NCBI GenBank assembly: GCA_964371285.1
Contig: CAYJMI010000002.1
Span: 880-64,879, forward strand
Origin: an uncultured Vicingus sp.
GTDB taxonomy: Bacteria; Bacteroidota; Bacteroidia; Flavobacteriales_E; Vicingaceae
Length of the DNA: 64,000 bases
Direction: 5' to 3'
Shown: piece by piece, positions 29,295 through 38,821 of the stretch
How the letters are laid out: each line of letters starts with the position of its first letter
Numbering within the stretch: position 1 is the stretch's first letter
Position numbers and translations under genes: made by a program
The notes under the pieces: model-generated
The model's input: only the letters and a program-made list of their open reading frames with translations
What the model was told of the DNA's origin: nothing
Databases searched by the model: none

Positions 29295-29698
29295 TATGCA
29301 ACCTTTTTAATTGATTTGTGATTAAATATTTCAAATATATGTTTCAATATTTCTTGAGCATCAGGATGGATAGCATAATGAATAGTCTGTCCTTCTTTTT
29401 CGCTTTTTAAAAGATCTGTGTCTTTCAATTTTCTTAATTGTTGGGAAACAGCAGAAATGGAAATCCCCAAAATATCGCTCAAATCACATACACATACTTT
29501 TTGCTCGTTTTTAATGAGTAATAAAATTTTTAGCCGTGTCTTGTTTCCAATTAAGTTTAATATTTTGGCAGATTTTTCAATTTGTTCGGACAAATCATTT
29601 ACTTCTAATATCCCTCTATTTATAAGATTTACATTAGCACACCCTCTGATACAAGTTTCTTCTGTTTTTTTCATATTTAAGTATTTGCTTAAATTCAA
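29294..29698 (-). CDS. ArsR/SmtB-family metalloregulator
   Basis: KVCVCDLSDILGISISAVSQQLRKLKD (CVC metal site plus wHTH). The track start is a TTG lying inside a -7 box, so the ATG at 29674 is the more likely start. Confidence 0.8.
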   Translation of the reverse strand: MNLSKYLNMKKTEETCIRGCANVNLINRGILEVNDLSEQIEKSAKILNLIGNKTRLKILLLIKNEQKVCVCDLSDILGISISAVSQQLRKLKDTDLLKSEKEGQTIHYAIHPDAQEILKHIFEIFNHKSIKKVA

Positions 29699-29703
29699 AT
29701 ATA
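29696..29703 (-). promoter_or_regulatory. Bacteroidota -7 promoter box TAtaTTTG for the arsR-merTP operon
   Basis: Minus-strand TATATTTG is 21 nt upstream of the ATG at 29674. The inverted repeat atttaag-N6-cttaaat (29675-29694) lies between the box and the ATG. Confidence 0.4.
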
Positions 29704-29752
29704 GGAAAAATTACCCCATTATTTAAGCATTCTCATAAATAGTTTTTACAAG

Positions 29753-31087
29753 TTATAATTCCCTAATAATTACTCCCTCATCAATTGAGTACACCCAACC
29801 GATAGTTCCATAACGTCCTTTTTCCATAACAGCAATTCGTTCTTCGTCTTTGAGTTGAACATCAATGGTAGCCGAACTGTTGAATTTGATAGATGAACCA
29901 CCTCTCATTGTTCCTGCTTTAGTCTTTTGAAAAATGATAATAAAAATGGTTTTCGGAAAATCCTGTCGTAATCGTTCAAATTCTTCCGCTTTTACATTCA
30001 GCTTTTGAAAACTGTCAATCACAATCAAATCATAATTTTTGGCATCATTTCTCACTTCTCTTAATGTTCCGTTGCCTGTGATGGTCAGGTTGTTATCCAA
30101 GTTGTAATACCTCACTTTGTTTTGGGTTAGTTTTCCCAATCCTTCTTCTAAAGCAAAATATTTAGCTTTAAAGTTATGGTCAATAAATGCTTTTGCCAGT
30201 TCAAAGGAAAAATAGCTTTTCCCTGCTCCATCTAATTGCTTAAATCCGTTTGAACCATATTGGAAGGTTTCCACCATATAAGCGAAGTTTTTATGTGAAT
30301 TTCCAACAACTGCGTGAAGGTTTCTACCTCCGAAACTTCCACCTAACAAACTTATTTTTCCTAAAAATTCATTAGGAATTTCTGTAGAAATTAGATTGAT
30401 TGCACCTCCTGTTGTGTAAGGGCCGTATTTAATCTGACTACTCCCTTTTATAATTTCTATACCTTGCATTCTTCCTATTGTGGGGAAATAGTAAGCGGCT
30501 GGTGCTGCATAAGGAGCGGGAGCCATTAATATACCATCCTCCATTACCGTTATTTTTGTATTCCGATCAACTCCTGTACCTCTTAATCCGATATTTGGAA
30601 AGAGTCCAAATCCATCTTCCTCTTGTACATTTACTCCTGGTACAGATCGTAAAGTGCGGTTAATATCTGTATAGCTGAATTTTTGAATTTCTTTTGGTGA
30701 GATATAATGTACTGAACCTGGAATATCTCGTATGCCATTACTACCACCAGTTATAGTTACTTCTAGTAGAGTAGATATGGTTTCTCTCATTATAAAATCC
30801 TGTTTCGTAATCCCACTTTTCCCAACGCTTATTTCTTTTTTAATAGTAGAATAACCGATACTTGAAACTACCAATGTATAGTTCCCTTCTGGCACATTTT
30901 TTATTACATAATTACCGCTTGCATTAGTTGAAGTACCAATATTGGTTTTGTCCAAGTAAACTGAGACATTTGCCAAGGCACTTGTACTATCTGTGTTTTT
31001 TATACTCCCTTCAATGCTTGCGTTTTGGGCGAAAGCACCTATATAACTTATTGTCGCAATTACTGTTGTTATGATAATTTTCTTCAT
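29753..31087 (-). pseudogene. Chimeric ORF: TonB-dependent receptor N-terminus (CarbopepD_reg plus plug) joined to the C-terminal part of a RecA/DnaB-like P-loop ATPase
   Basis: aa 1-~286 show signal peptide, GSIKNTDSTSALANVSVYL, and plug motifs IEIIKGSSQIKYGPYTTGGAINLIS. From ~aa 288 the sequence reads AGKSYFSFELAKAF...YDLIVIDSFQKL...IFIIIFQKTKAGTMRGGSSIKFNSSATIDV. There is no beta-barrel. Confidence 0.6.
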
Positions 31088-32214
31088 TTTAGATGATTTA
31101 TTTAAGATTAATCCGAGGCAAATATCTTATTTAGAATCGTTCTAAACAATGCCTTAAAAGAGGTATTTTGCACTTGGAATTGTATAAAAAAGTGAGACAA
31201 AAAAGATAAGACTGTTCTTATATTTTTTTCAGGAAATTTTCAGTGATAGTTCAGTATTTAGATATAAACTTGTAAATCTAATTTTCAGAAAAAATTTAAT
31301 TGAATACAGCTATAGCAAATAGTTGGTCTAATTAATTATAAATAATTTAACTTATTATAAATGCACTAATTCAGAGGTATATTAGTTTTTTAATTTGTTA
31401 GAAAATTTAAATAAATCCCTCCAAAACTCCTATCCTACTTGAGTTATCAAGGCTTTTTTATTTGAGAGTTAGATTACTGTTTCAACTTGTGATTCACATA
31501 TGTAAGAGTTTATTTAAATTGTTCACTACAGCTTATAAGAAATGTACACTCTTGTATAATTAATTTCAGAATAGCTTTTTGTGAGTTGAATATAGGTCTT
31601 ATGAATCACAAGTTAAAATATTAAAAATTCCAAGTAAGATGATTAAAATTTCGAGTGATATTCATAATTAAAAAGAAACTTTAGATTTAAGAACTTCTAT
31701 AAGTTTACTATCATTGTATTTATAAATATCGCTTATATGCAGCACAGAAATTTTCTTTGAATAAATATTTCCAAATAATGAACAGATGGTTATTATTTTT
31801 TGTTTCAAAGGAAAATTTGAAACGGTATTTTAATGCAGCTATGACTTTAAGAGAGCTTGTATTTTTAAATCAAAAGGACTTTGTTTATTTCATTGATATT
31901 GACAGTAATGTTGATTATAAAAACATTATCCGAAAAGCAGTTAAAGATTTTCCAATGAAATACGCCCTGGTGAAAGAAGCTTTTTTCATCCTAATTTTGC
32001 TACTGATTACAGAATTAAAGAATGATAGGTCAAGATTTCTTTAGAAACCTAATTTCTTACCTAATCGTTCTTAATTCAAACTTAAGAAACCGTAATCCAT
32101 TTGATAAATTTCGATCAGAGTTATCAAATAACAATTTTTTCATTTTATCTACTTCATTTAATGGTTTAAAAACTGTTAGATGTTCATAATATGCATTTGG
32201 ATAGAGTTATTATC

Positions 32215-32874
32215 TTATACAGAACAGTAAGAATCCATAAATATTTTAAACTTTTCAATATTTGAATCTTCTGTTATGGTTAATTGCCAATATTCCGAAT
32301 CTTTGTAATTCCTTTTACCAACATTTGATTCCTGATTACAAGTATATAGGTAATAACCTATTTGAGTTTTTAAATCAGCGACTTTCAAATTATTATGATT
32401 TAAACTCACCAAACAATTCTGGTGGGATTCTATACATTCAAAAATATTTTGTTTATTCTTAGGAATTAACTCTTTTAATAAGGTTTCTATTACACCATCA
32501 TCATTATTATTTGGCCATATAAAATAATCAAATTTTACATTTTTATTATTTATTATATCAACTAATTTTCTCTTACAAGCTGCATACCCTTTATTCCCTA
32601 GCCTAGTCCTTTCATAATCAGCATCAAATATAACAATGTTTTGATATCCAGTATCTATGTTATCTTGCAACTCGTTAATATAAATTTGATTTGATAACTT
32701 CGTACACCCTCCTACATCTGTTATTGTAATATCTAGTTGATTATTCTTAATCTTAAATGGTTTTTTTTTTGACTCCTCGTCTCTTAATAATTGGATGCCA
32801 TAAAATAAACGAAGAAAGTCCGAAATAAACACTTGATCAGTTAACCCTTCACAATATATTTTCAATTTAATCAT
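32215..32874 (-). CDS. Toprim-like small protein (DUF4276/RloB-type), putative nuclease partner of the upstream ATPase
   Basis: KIYCEGLTDQVFI (conserved Glu) and NIVIFDADYE (DxD) at Toprim-like spacing; 8-nt overlap with the upstream gene. Confidence 0.6.
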   Translation of the reverse strand: MIKLKIYCEGLTDQVFISDFLRLFYGIQLLRDEESKKKPFKIKNNQLDITITDVGGCTKLSNQIYINELQDNIDTGYQNIVIFDADYERTRLGNKGYAACKRKLVDIINNKNVKFDYFIWPNNNDDGVIETLLKELIPKNKQNIFECIESHQNCLVSLNHNNLKVADLKTQIGYYLYTCNQESNVGKRNYKDSEYWQLTITEDSNIEKFKIFMDSYCSV

Positions 32875-35800
32875 GTGATAACCCTCCCCTAATTTCTATT
32901 TGATCTACATATGCTAAACTAAAACTCGAATATTCTAAAGAGCGTATTTTTAAGTTATTAACCTGCTTCATTTGAACAACTCTTGAAACTGATTGATATT
33001 CTAGACCAAAAGCAGATTCATTTAATACTTCCTTGAAAAATTTTATACATTCATCATTATGAGTTGTTGCTATTATTTGCGTGCCGTCTTCTTTTGCTAT
33101 ATTTAATAAGATCCTCCAAAACTGTTTAAATCTTGAAAAATGAATTCCAGCATCTATCTCATCTATTAATAATATTTTCCCTTTATGAACAGTTAAAAAG
33201 ATAAGAATTCTAAAAAGCTTATTAGCTCCTTCCCCATATTGACTCAAACCTCTATCTTCCTCATAGTCATTATCTCTAATATCTATTGCTCCATCAGTTC
33301 TAACAAAAACTTGTTCTGCATTAGGAATAAATACTCTCAATCGATTTAAAAATTCTTTTTCTAACCTCTTATTTGGTCTAATCTTAGAATCATAAACCAA
33401 AGATAAATCGAATCCATAACCTTTTCCATATGGAATATAGGGTTGATTAGTTCCGTCGTTATATGGTATATTATTTAAAACCTCTAAATCCTTTTCCGAG
33501 AAATAAGGTTTTTCAGTATTAGGTTCAAATTGATAATTTATTTCATAATTCCAAAAGCTTCTCTTATCAAAAAGATTAAAATGAGTGCTTTTTAATTGAT
33601 TATTACAATTTTTGTATTCAGATATAAATTCAGGATTAATATTATAATAAAGGTCTGTTGATTTTGAATTTTCCTTTTTATCAGGGTGTATATTTATTCT
33701 GTCAATATATGCAAATGCCAATCTTTCTAAATATTTTTTCTTTTCAGGAACAAATAACAAAGCTTCTAATAATGATGTTTTACCAATATTATTATCTCCA
33801 ACCACGAGATTAAATAGACCTAAATTTTCTATTATTACATAATCAAACCTTCTAAAATTCTTAATTTCAATATTATAAATATGATTTGGGAACTGTTCCC
33901 TTAGTTCTTTAGGTTGTAAATCAATTTGATCTATTTCTGATTTAGTAAAAGGAAAATATTTAAACTCAAACTTATTAGCTAATTTTTTATATTTATCATT
34001 AATATCTTCAAGTAAAAATCCAGATAAAAAACTATTCTTAACCCACCTATTAAGTACAAAATTAAATATGTTGAGATTTATTAAATTACCATTTAATAAA
34101 TCTTCATAATAACTCACCAATTCTGAGTTTCTATTGTTTTCATGAAATAAATTTTCAACTTTCTGAGAAATAAATAGTAAATCATTATTCTCTATGTCCG
34201 TTGTTAAGAATGATAAGTATAAATATAGATTAGTATAGATATTATTCGATTTCCTTAATGTAGCAAAATTAGCCTGATAAACATCATTCAATTCTTCTGC
34301 AATCTCCTTTTTATTTACTATTTCTATTTCTATTGCTATTCTTCCTAAATAAATAATAATTTCTTCTATATCATTCTTCTTCTTAGCTAATTCTAATTTC
34401 ACTTTTAGATATAGCTGATTTTCAATACCATTGTTTTCAAGAATTGATATTGCCGATTGAAACTTGCCTATCAAATAATACTTATTAGCTATAATTTCAA
34501 TAATATCTCTATCTTCATTAGTACAAATTTCTTCTAAAATATCACAAATTAAAGTGATTTCATCATTATCAGCAGATCTCTCTAGCACATTACGAATCTC
34601 ATCTATAGCTTCTCTTCTCCAAGTTGTAAGTTGGATTATCTTTCTCAAATTAGAACTCTCTCTATGTAAAATTTGTAAGTCAGAAACAGACAATGTAGAT
34701 TCAATGAAAAGAATTGATATTAATTTTTTTAATTGATTATCCTCACTTGGAGATTTTTCAAAAATTTCTATCAGTTTCCCCCAATATTTCCCTTGCCAAT
34801 AACAATCTATTGCATATTCTACTCCTTCACTTCCAACTTCTTTTTCTAAATAAAACAAAGCTGCTTTATCCCAATTCTGGTGAATTTTTTGAATCTCAGC
34901 TAAACATAAAAAATACTCTTTCTTGTTTCCAAGTTTTATAAAGTGACTTGATGCAACCTGTAACAATGGTATATTCCCTTCAAATACTCCTTGTTTTTTT
35001 TGTCTATGAGCATCTTCTTCAAGAATTGATTCAGAACTTTGAATTATTTCGTTAGCATCAAAAATTATTAAATCAGTAAAATTATTAAGATCAACACCTA
35101 CTTTTTTTACCCATTCAGATTTAATATAATTATCAATCAAATCCTTCCAAAAATTATCTTTTGACTCTTGACTATCAATTATTACTAATTCTGTTTGTGC
35201 ACGAGTAACAGCGACATATAGTTTATTATAAAAAAATCTTTTACCATAAATGCCTGCTGTTTCAATTTTTTTAATATACTCTTCTCCAAATCCAAAAATA
35301 GCTACTTCGCTAAAGTCCAATCCTTTAGCATCAACTGCAGAAATTATATTTTTAAATTTTTTTAAAATTTCATACCTTTCTTTATACTCTGGAATTTCAT
35401 CGTAATTAACAGGAACAATTATTGTTTTATACTCAACCTTTTTTTGAAGTTCTATATTATTGGAAAAAGTATTAATATCCACAAAAACATTTAAATGTTC
35501 ATTTTGATACATTACTGGTCTTTTTGAAGTTTGTGGATTTTGTACGTTTGCTTTTAGCTTATCTTTTCTATAATATTGAATAGAATTTGCCACATTAACA
35601 ATTGACTGGGAAGAACGATAATTATAAGTAGGTGTAAAAACCAATTTTGACTGGTCTAATTTATACCCAGTTTTTTCTTTTGTTAATTCTTCATAAATCA
35701 TTGAAGTTAAAACTTCTGATCTAAACCCTGTTGGATTAACTGTTTGAAGTGCATCTCCTGCAAAAACAATTGGATATTGTTCTACATTGGATAAATTATA

Positions 35801-37423
35801 TTTTGCATAAGTAGAAAGTTGCATTATAAACTCTAGTTCAACTTTACTAAAATCTTGTGATTCATCACAGAAAATAACATCAAAGGTTTTATCAATTTCA
35901 ACATTTGAATTAATATAGCGAATAAGTTTTATTTTATCCCAATACCCTTCTTCATTTAGAAGTTTATTATAGAAAGGGGATATTATTTCTGTTTCAATTC
36001 CTTTAAGATCATCCTTCGAAATAATGTCTTTACCTTCTTTTGGCATTTTCTCATCATAATTTTCACTATTAATTTGAAAGTCTAAACTATTCCCATTAAC
36101 ATAAGTACTTATAGTAAACCAAACTAACTCCGCTGAAAACCTTTGTTTAATATGTTTTTGAATATTTGATTGTTCATATAAATACTTAAACTTAGAAAAA
36201 TCTAAATATTTATCTGGTTTAAATTCATTATTATCCTTTGGAATTAGTTCTAATAAGAATTTTTTAAATGGATAAAAATGTTTATCAACATTAACTATGG
36301 CTTCAGGTTCAGATGATAAATCAAATTCTGGATTATTAATTAAAAGATCGTATACTGCTCTTTGGGTATGCCCTAAAAGCTTTTCATTTTCAGTTAAAAA
36401 TATAATATCTCCAGGTATTTCTCCTGCATATTTATAATAATACACATTAGAAAAAAGATAATACAACATTGTTGATTTCCCACTTCCAGCTTGACCATTT
36501 ATATATTTAGGAAATTTAAACTCTTTTAAAAATTCCGTCTGTTCAGGTAATAGCGATAAATTACCTAATTCATTATTTTTTTCAATTTTAACCCATAAAT
36601 CAGCATCATTTATTGCCCAACTTGGATAAGCTTTTGACGCTATACTACTCATATCTTTATAAGAAGTAAATCTTACTTCTTTTTCAAATTTAAAATTTTT
36701 AACTTTCTCCCAATGTTCATTTTGAGTCTTAATATTTGCACCATTTTCAAGCAAATAAAAATTATTATTATCTAGAACAACTTTTATAAATACTACTCCT
36801 ATATCATTATAAATAATATTTAATACTTCATAGGTTTCTGTTTTTTTAATAGAAGTAATAAACTCTTTACTTTCTCTAATAATTTCCTTAATTGTCAACA
36901 AGAATAGTTTTACTTCATCATTTTTCATTCCAACAGTTTTTGAATCGCTCATTGCAAACTTAACCCAAGTCTGAGATTCAAAAATATTATAATCGACCTT
37001 TAACTTATAATCACTTTGCCAAGTTATAAGCTCCTGAGGCGGTGGCAAAATATCATCTTCTCCTTTTTGTTCTCTTAAAATACTTTCTTCAAATCTAGAG
37101 ACATCTTCTTCTGGCAATGGGTTATATGTAAGCCACTTACCGTCCCGTATAGATACATAATCTTCTAACCCATTTTTTTGACCTCTAACAAAATAGACTA
37201 AATACTCTTTGTCATTAATAGAGATGCGTTTTTCTTGAAAAATTATCTCTGAATAAGGATTTTTTATTCTTAAAACATTAATTCCTTTTGTAAAACCTGT
37301 AACTTTTCCAATACCTTTAAGAGTTGTTGAATTTTTATTATTCTCAATAAAAGTGGACACTGCTTTTTTTACATCAGAAGAAATATTATCTATATATAAT
37401 TGGCAATAATGAAATTTCATCAT
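32867..37423 (-). CDS. 1518-aa multidomain protein: unknown N-domain, SF1 UvrD-like helicase, helical repeat region, C-terminal ABC/AAA_21 (OLD/GajA/AriA-type) ATPase
   Basis: Helicase motifs are GQAGSGKST (aa 310-318), FCDESQDF (518-525), FAGDALQTV, YNYRSSQSI, AKGLDFSEV and LYVAVTRAQTELVII. ATPase motifs are VVGDNNIGKTSLLEAL (1207-1221), LSQYGEGANKLF, ILLIDEIDAGIH and IIATTHN. Confidence 0.85.
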   Translation of the reverse strand: MMKFHYCQLYIDNISSDVKKAVSTFIENNKNSTTLKGIGKVTGFTKGINVLRIKNPYSEIIFQEKRISINDKEYLVYFVRGQKNGLEDYVSIRDGKWLTYNPLPEEDVSRFEESILREQKGEDDILPPPQELITWQSDYKLKVDYNIFESQTWVKFAMSDSKTVGMKNDEVKLFLLTIKEIIRESKEFITSIKKTETYEVLNIIYNDIGVVFIKVVLDNNNFYLLENGANIKTQNEHWEKVKNFKFEKEVRFTSYKDMSSIASKAYPSWAINDADLWVKIEKNNELGNLSLLPEQTEFLKEFKFPKYINGQAGSGKSTMLYYLFSNVYYYKYAGEIPGDIIFLTENEKLLGHTQRAVYDLLINNPEFDLSSEPEAIVNVDKHFYPFKKFLLELIPKDNNEFKPDKYLDFSKFKYLYEQSNIQKHIKQRFSAELVWFTISTYVNGNSLDFQINSENYDEKMPKEGKDIISKDDLKGIETEIISPFYNKLLNEEGYWDKIKLIRYINSNVEIDKTFDVIFCDESQDFSKVELEFIMQLSTYAKYNLSNVEQYPIVFAGDALQTVNPTGFRSEVLTSMIYEELTKEKTGYKLDQSKLVFTPTYNYRSSQSIVNVANSIQYYRKDKLKANVQNPQTSKRPVMYQNEHLNVFVDINTFSNNIELQKKVEYKTIIVPVNYDEIPEYKERYEILKKFKNIISAVDAKGLDFSEVAIFGFGEEYIKKIETAGIYGKRFFYNKLYVAVTRAQTELVIIDSQESKDNFWKDLIDNYIKSEWVKKVGVDLNNFTDLIIFDANEIIQSSESILEEDAHRQKKQGVFEGNIPLLQVASSHFIKLGNKKEYFLCLAEIQKIHQNWDKAALFYLEKEVGSEGVEYAIDCYWQGKYWGKLIEIFEKSPSEDNQLKKLISILFIESTLSVSDLQILHRESSNLRKIIQLTTWRREAIDEIRNVLERSADNDEITLICDILEEICTNEDRDIIEIIANKYYLIGKFQSAISILENNGIENQLYLKVKLELAKKKNDIEEIIIYLGRIAIEIEIVNKKEIAEELNDVYQANFATLRKSNNIYTNLYLYLSFLTTDIENNDLLFISQKVENLFHENNRNSELVSYYEDLLNGNLINLNIFNFVLNRWVKNSFLSGFLLEDINDKYKKLANKFEFKYFPFTKSEIDQIDLQPKELREQFPNHIYNIEIKNFRRFDYVIIENLGLFNLVVGDNNIGKTSLLEALLFVPEKKKYLERLAFAYIDRINIHPDKKENSKSTDLYYNINPEFISEYKNCNNQLKSTHFNLFDKRSFWNYEINYQFEPNTEKPYFSEKDLEVLNNIPYNDGTNQPYIPYGKGYGFDLSLVYDSKIRPNKRLEKEFLNRLRVFIPNAEQVFVRTDGAIDIRDNDYEEDRGLSQYGEGANKLFRILIFLTVHKGKILLIDEIDAGIHFSRFKQFWRILLNIAKEDGTQIIATTHNDECIKFFKEVLNESAFGLEYQSVSRVVQMKQVNNLKIRSLEYSSFSLAYVDQIEIRGGLSHD

Positions 37424-37496
37424 AAAATAACTTTTTAGACTCTTTTAGCCAAGTCTCTATTTTTAATTTTTATTAAATCTAAAATACCCAAAATAT

Positions 37497-37518
37497 ATTA
37501 CTTTTTACAAAAAGTAAT
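37497..37518. promoter_or_regulatory. 22-bp palindrome in the divergent intergenic region between the two candidate defence operons
   Basis: attacttttt-ac-aaaaagtaat, a perfect 10-bp inverted repeat. Confidence 0.3.
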
Positions 37519-37851
37519 CAAAATATAGTTAAACTTAACTATTAACATTCTTTACTAAGAAAATATATTAAATAACAAGACTACAGAGATTAACTCATCA
37601 AAAGTTTTAACCCCTCTATATTTTTATAATTTTTTTCCAAACCTTTTTCTGATATAAAGGCCAAACACTTTTCGGTTTCCGATTTATACAGTACTCAAAC
37701 GTAGTAAATAAAATCGAATTTATCTATGTGTTTAAACATTCAACTAACATTGCTATTTTTTTATATTTCAAAAACCTAGATACCCTTAAACTTTGTAAAT
37801 TAAAAATTAGGTGTAAAATGAAAAATCGATTAGGCAAACTCAATAATTGAG

Positions 37852-37859
37852 TATCTTTG
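37852..37859 (+). promoter_or_regulatory. Bacteroidota -7 promoter box TAtcTTTG
   Basis: 31 nt upstream of the ATG at 37891. Confidence 0.35.
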
Positions 37860-37890
37860 ATTTATTCAATATGTAATATAAAATAGAATA

Positions 37891-38820
37891 ATGAACGATA
37901 TAAAAACCTTGATTGGATCATTTAAGAAAGTTCCCGTCTGGAAAGATTTTATTAAAGAAAATTTTGATAGAAAGACAAGCAACTATAATTATGCTGATGT
38001 TTCAAATATAAAGGTTGAATATGATAATCAAACCTACTTCTATCCAACTAAAATTATTTTAAAAGATGGGTATGTTAGACAAAAAAAAAATATACAAAAA
38101 GTAGAAAATACATCTTTAAATAATAAACCAGTAAAAATTACTGAAACAACTAGTATTATTCCATTTAGTTTTTATAAAAGAAATGAAAAATATACAGGAG
38201 ATTTATTTGAATGTCTTGACGATATTTTATGTGATAATGATATGAAAATAAAAGATTATGGATTTTACTCTCCAGAACTACTCTCGTATAGAAATACACC
38301 CCTTTTTAGTATTGATTCTAAATTAAGGTGGTCTTCATATATGTTAATTCTAGAACAAGAAAAACCAAAGACTGAAGTTTCAAAAGAGGCCCCTGCTGAA
38401 TTAAAGGATATTTTAGCAGATTATGGTATTAATTACAATTATGAAAATGAGTTAAATAATTATACCATTATCCTTTTCCCTATGGCTTTTGTTAAGGCAA
38501 TAGAAAATAGAATACAAAAAAAGGATGGAAGAGAATCAATTTTTTTAGTTTTAGAATACAATCAACTTGGCTTGTTCTTTTCTTCAAAATTTGAAATTAC
38601 AATTGATATAATAATTAAAGATTTTAATCAGAAAATAATATATAGAAAAAATTATCCTATCGAGTTTCAGAAATCAAAATATCAAATAGTAAATATATAT
38701 CCCGAGAAAGATGGAGAAATAGGTTATTGTTCTTTTTCAATAAAGATAAATAATGCTATTGTTGATACCTCCTCTGGATATTACATCCGTGATATAAAGG
38801 TAAATATTAAACCACAATAA
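37891..38820 (+). CDS. Hypothetical protein, first gene of a three-gene operon
   Basis: 309-aa ORF with no motif I recognise, no signal peptide and no TM; 1 nt from the next gene. Confidence 0.6.
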   Translation: MNDIKTLIGSFKKVPVWKDFIKENFDRKTSNYNYADVSNIKVEYDNQTYFYPTKIILKDGYVRQKKNIQKVENTSLNNKPVKITETTSIIPFSFYKRNEKYTGDLFECLDDILCDNDMKIKDYGFYSPELLSYRNTPLFSIDSKLRWSSYMLILEQEKPKTEVSKEAPAELKDILADYGINYNYENELNNYTIILFPMAFVKAIENRIQKKDGRESIFLVLEYNQLGLFFSSKFEITIDIIIKDFNQKIIYRKNYPIEFQKSKYQIVNIYPEKDGEIGYCSFSIKINNAIVDTSSGYYIRDIKVNIKPQ

Positions 38821-38821
38821 A

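Noticed and set aside
29092-29334. 80-aa alternative-frame ORF inside merTP
   Set aside because: It overlaps the well-supported MerT-HMA frame on the same strand, so it is a shadow ORF.
31757-32044. 95-aa ORF in the AT-rich spacer
   Set aside because: No motif and no promoter box, isolated in a non-coding-looking region. It cannot be supported as a gene, though a small protein is not excluded.
32761-32770. A10/T10 homopolymer tracts inside coding regions (32761-32770 in the Toprim-like gene, 38081-38090 in the 309-aa gene, 3949-3958 in the 124-aa gene) as phase-variation switches
   Set aside because: Runs of 8-10 A/T occur repeatedly in this ~30% GC sequence, including in intergenic DNA. 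Without population data there is no evidence of length variation.
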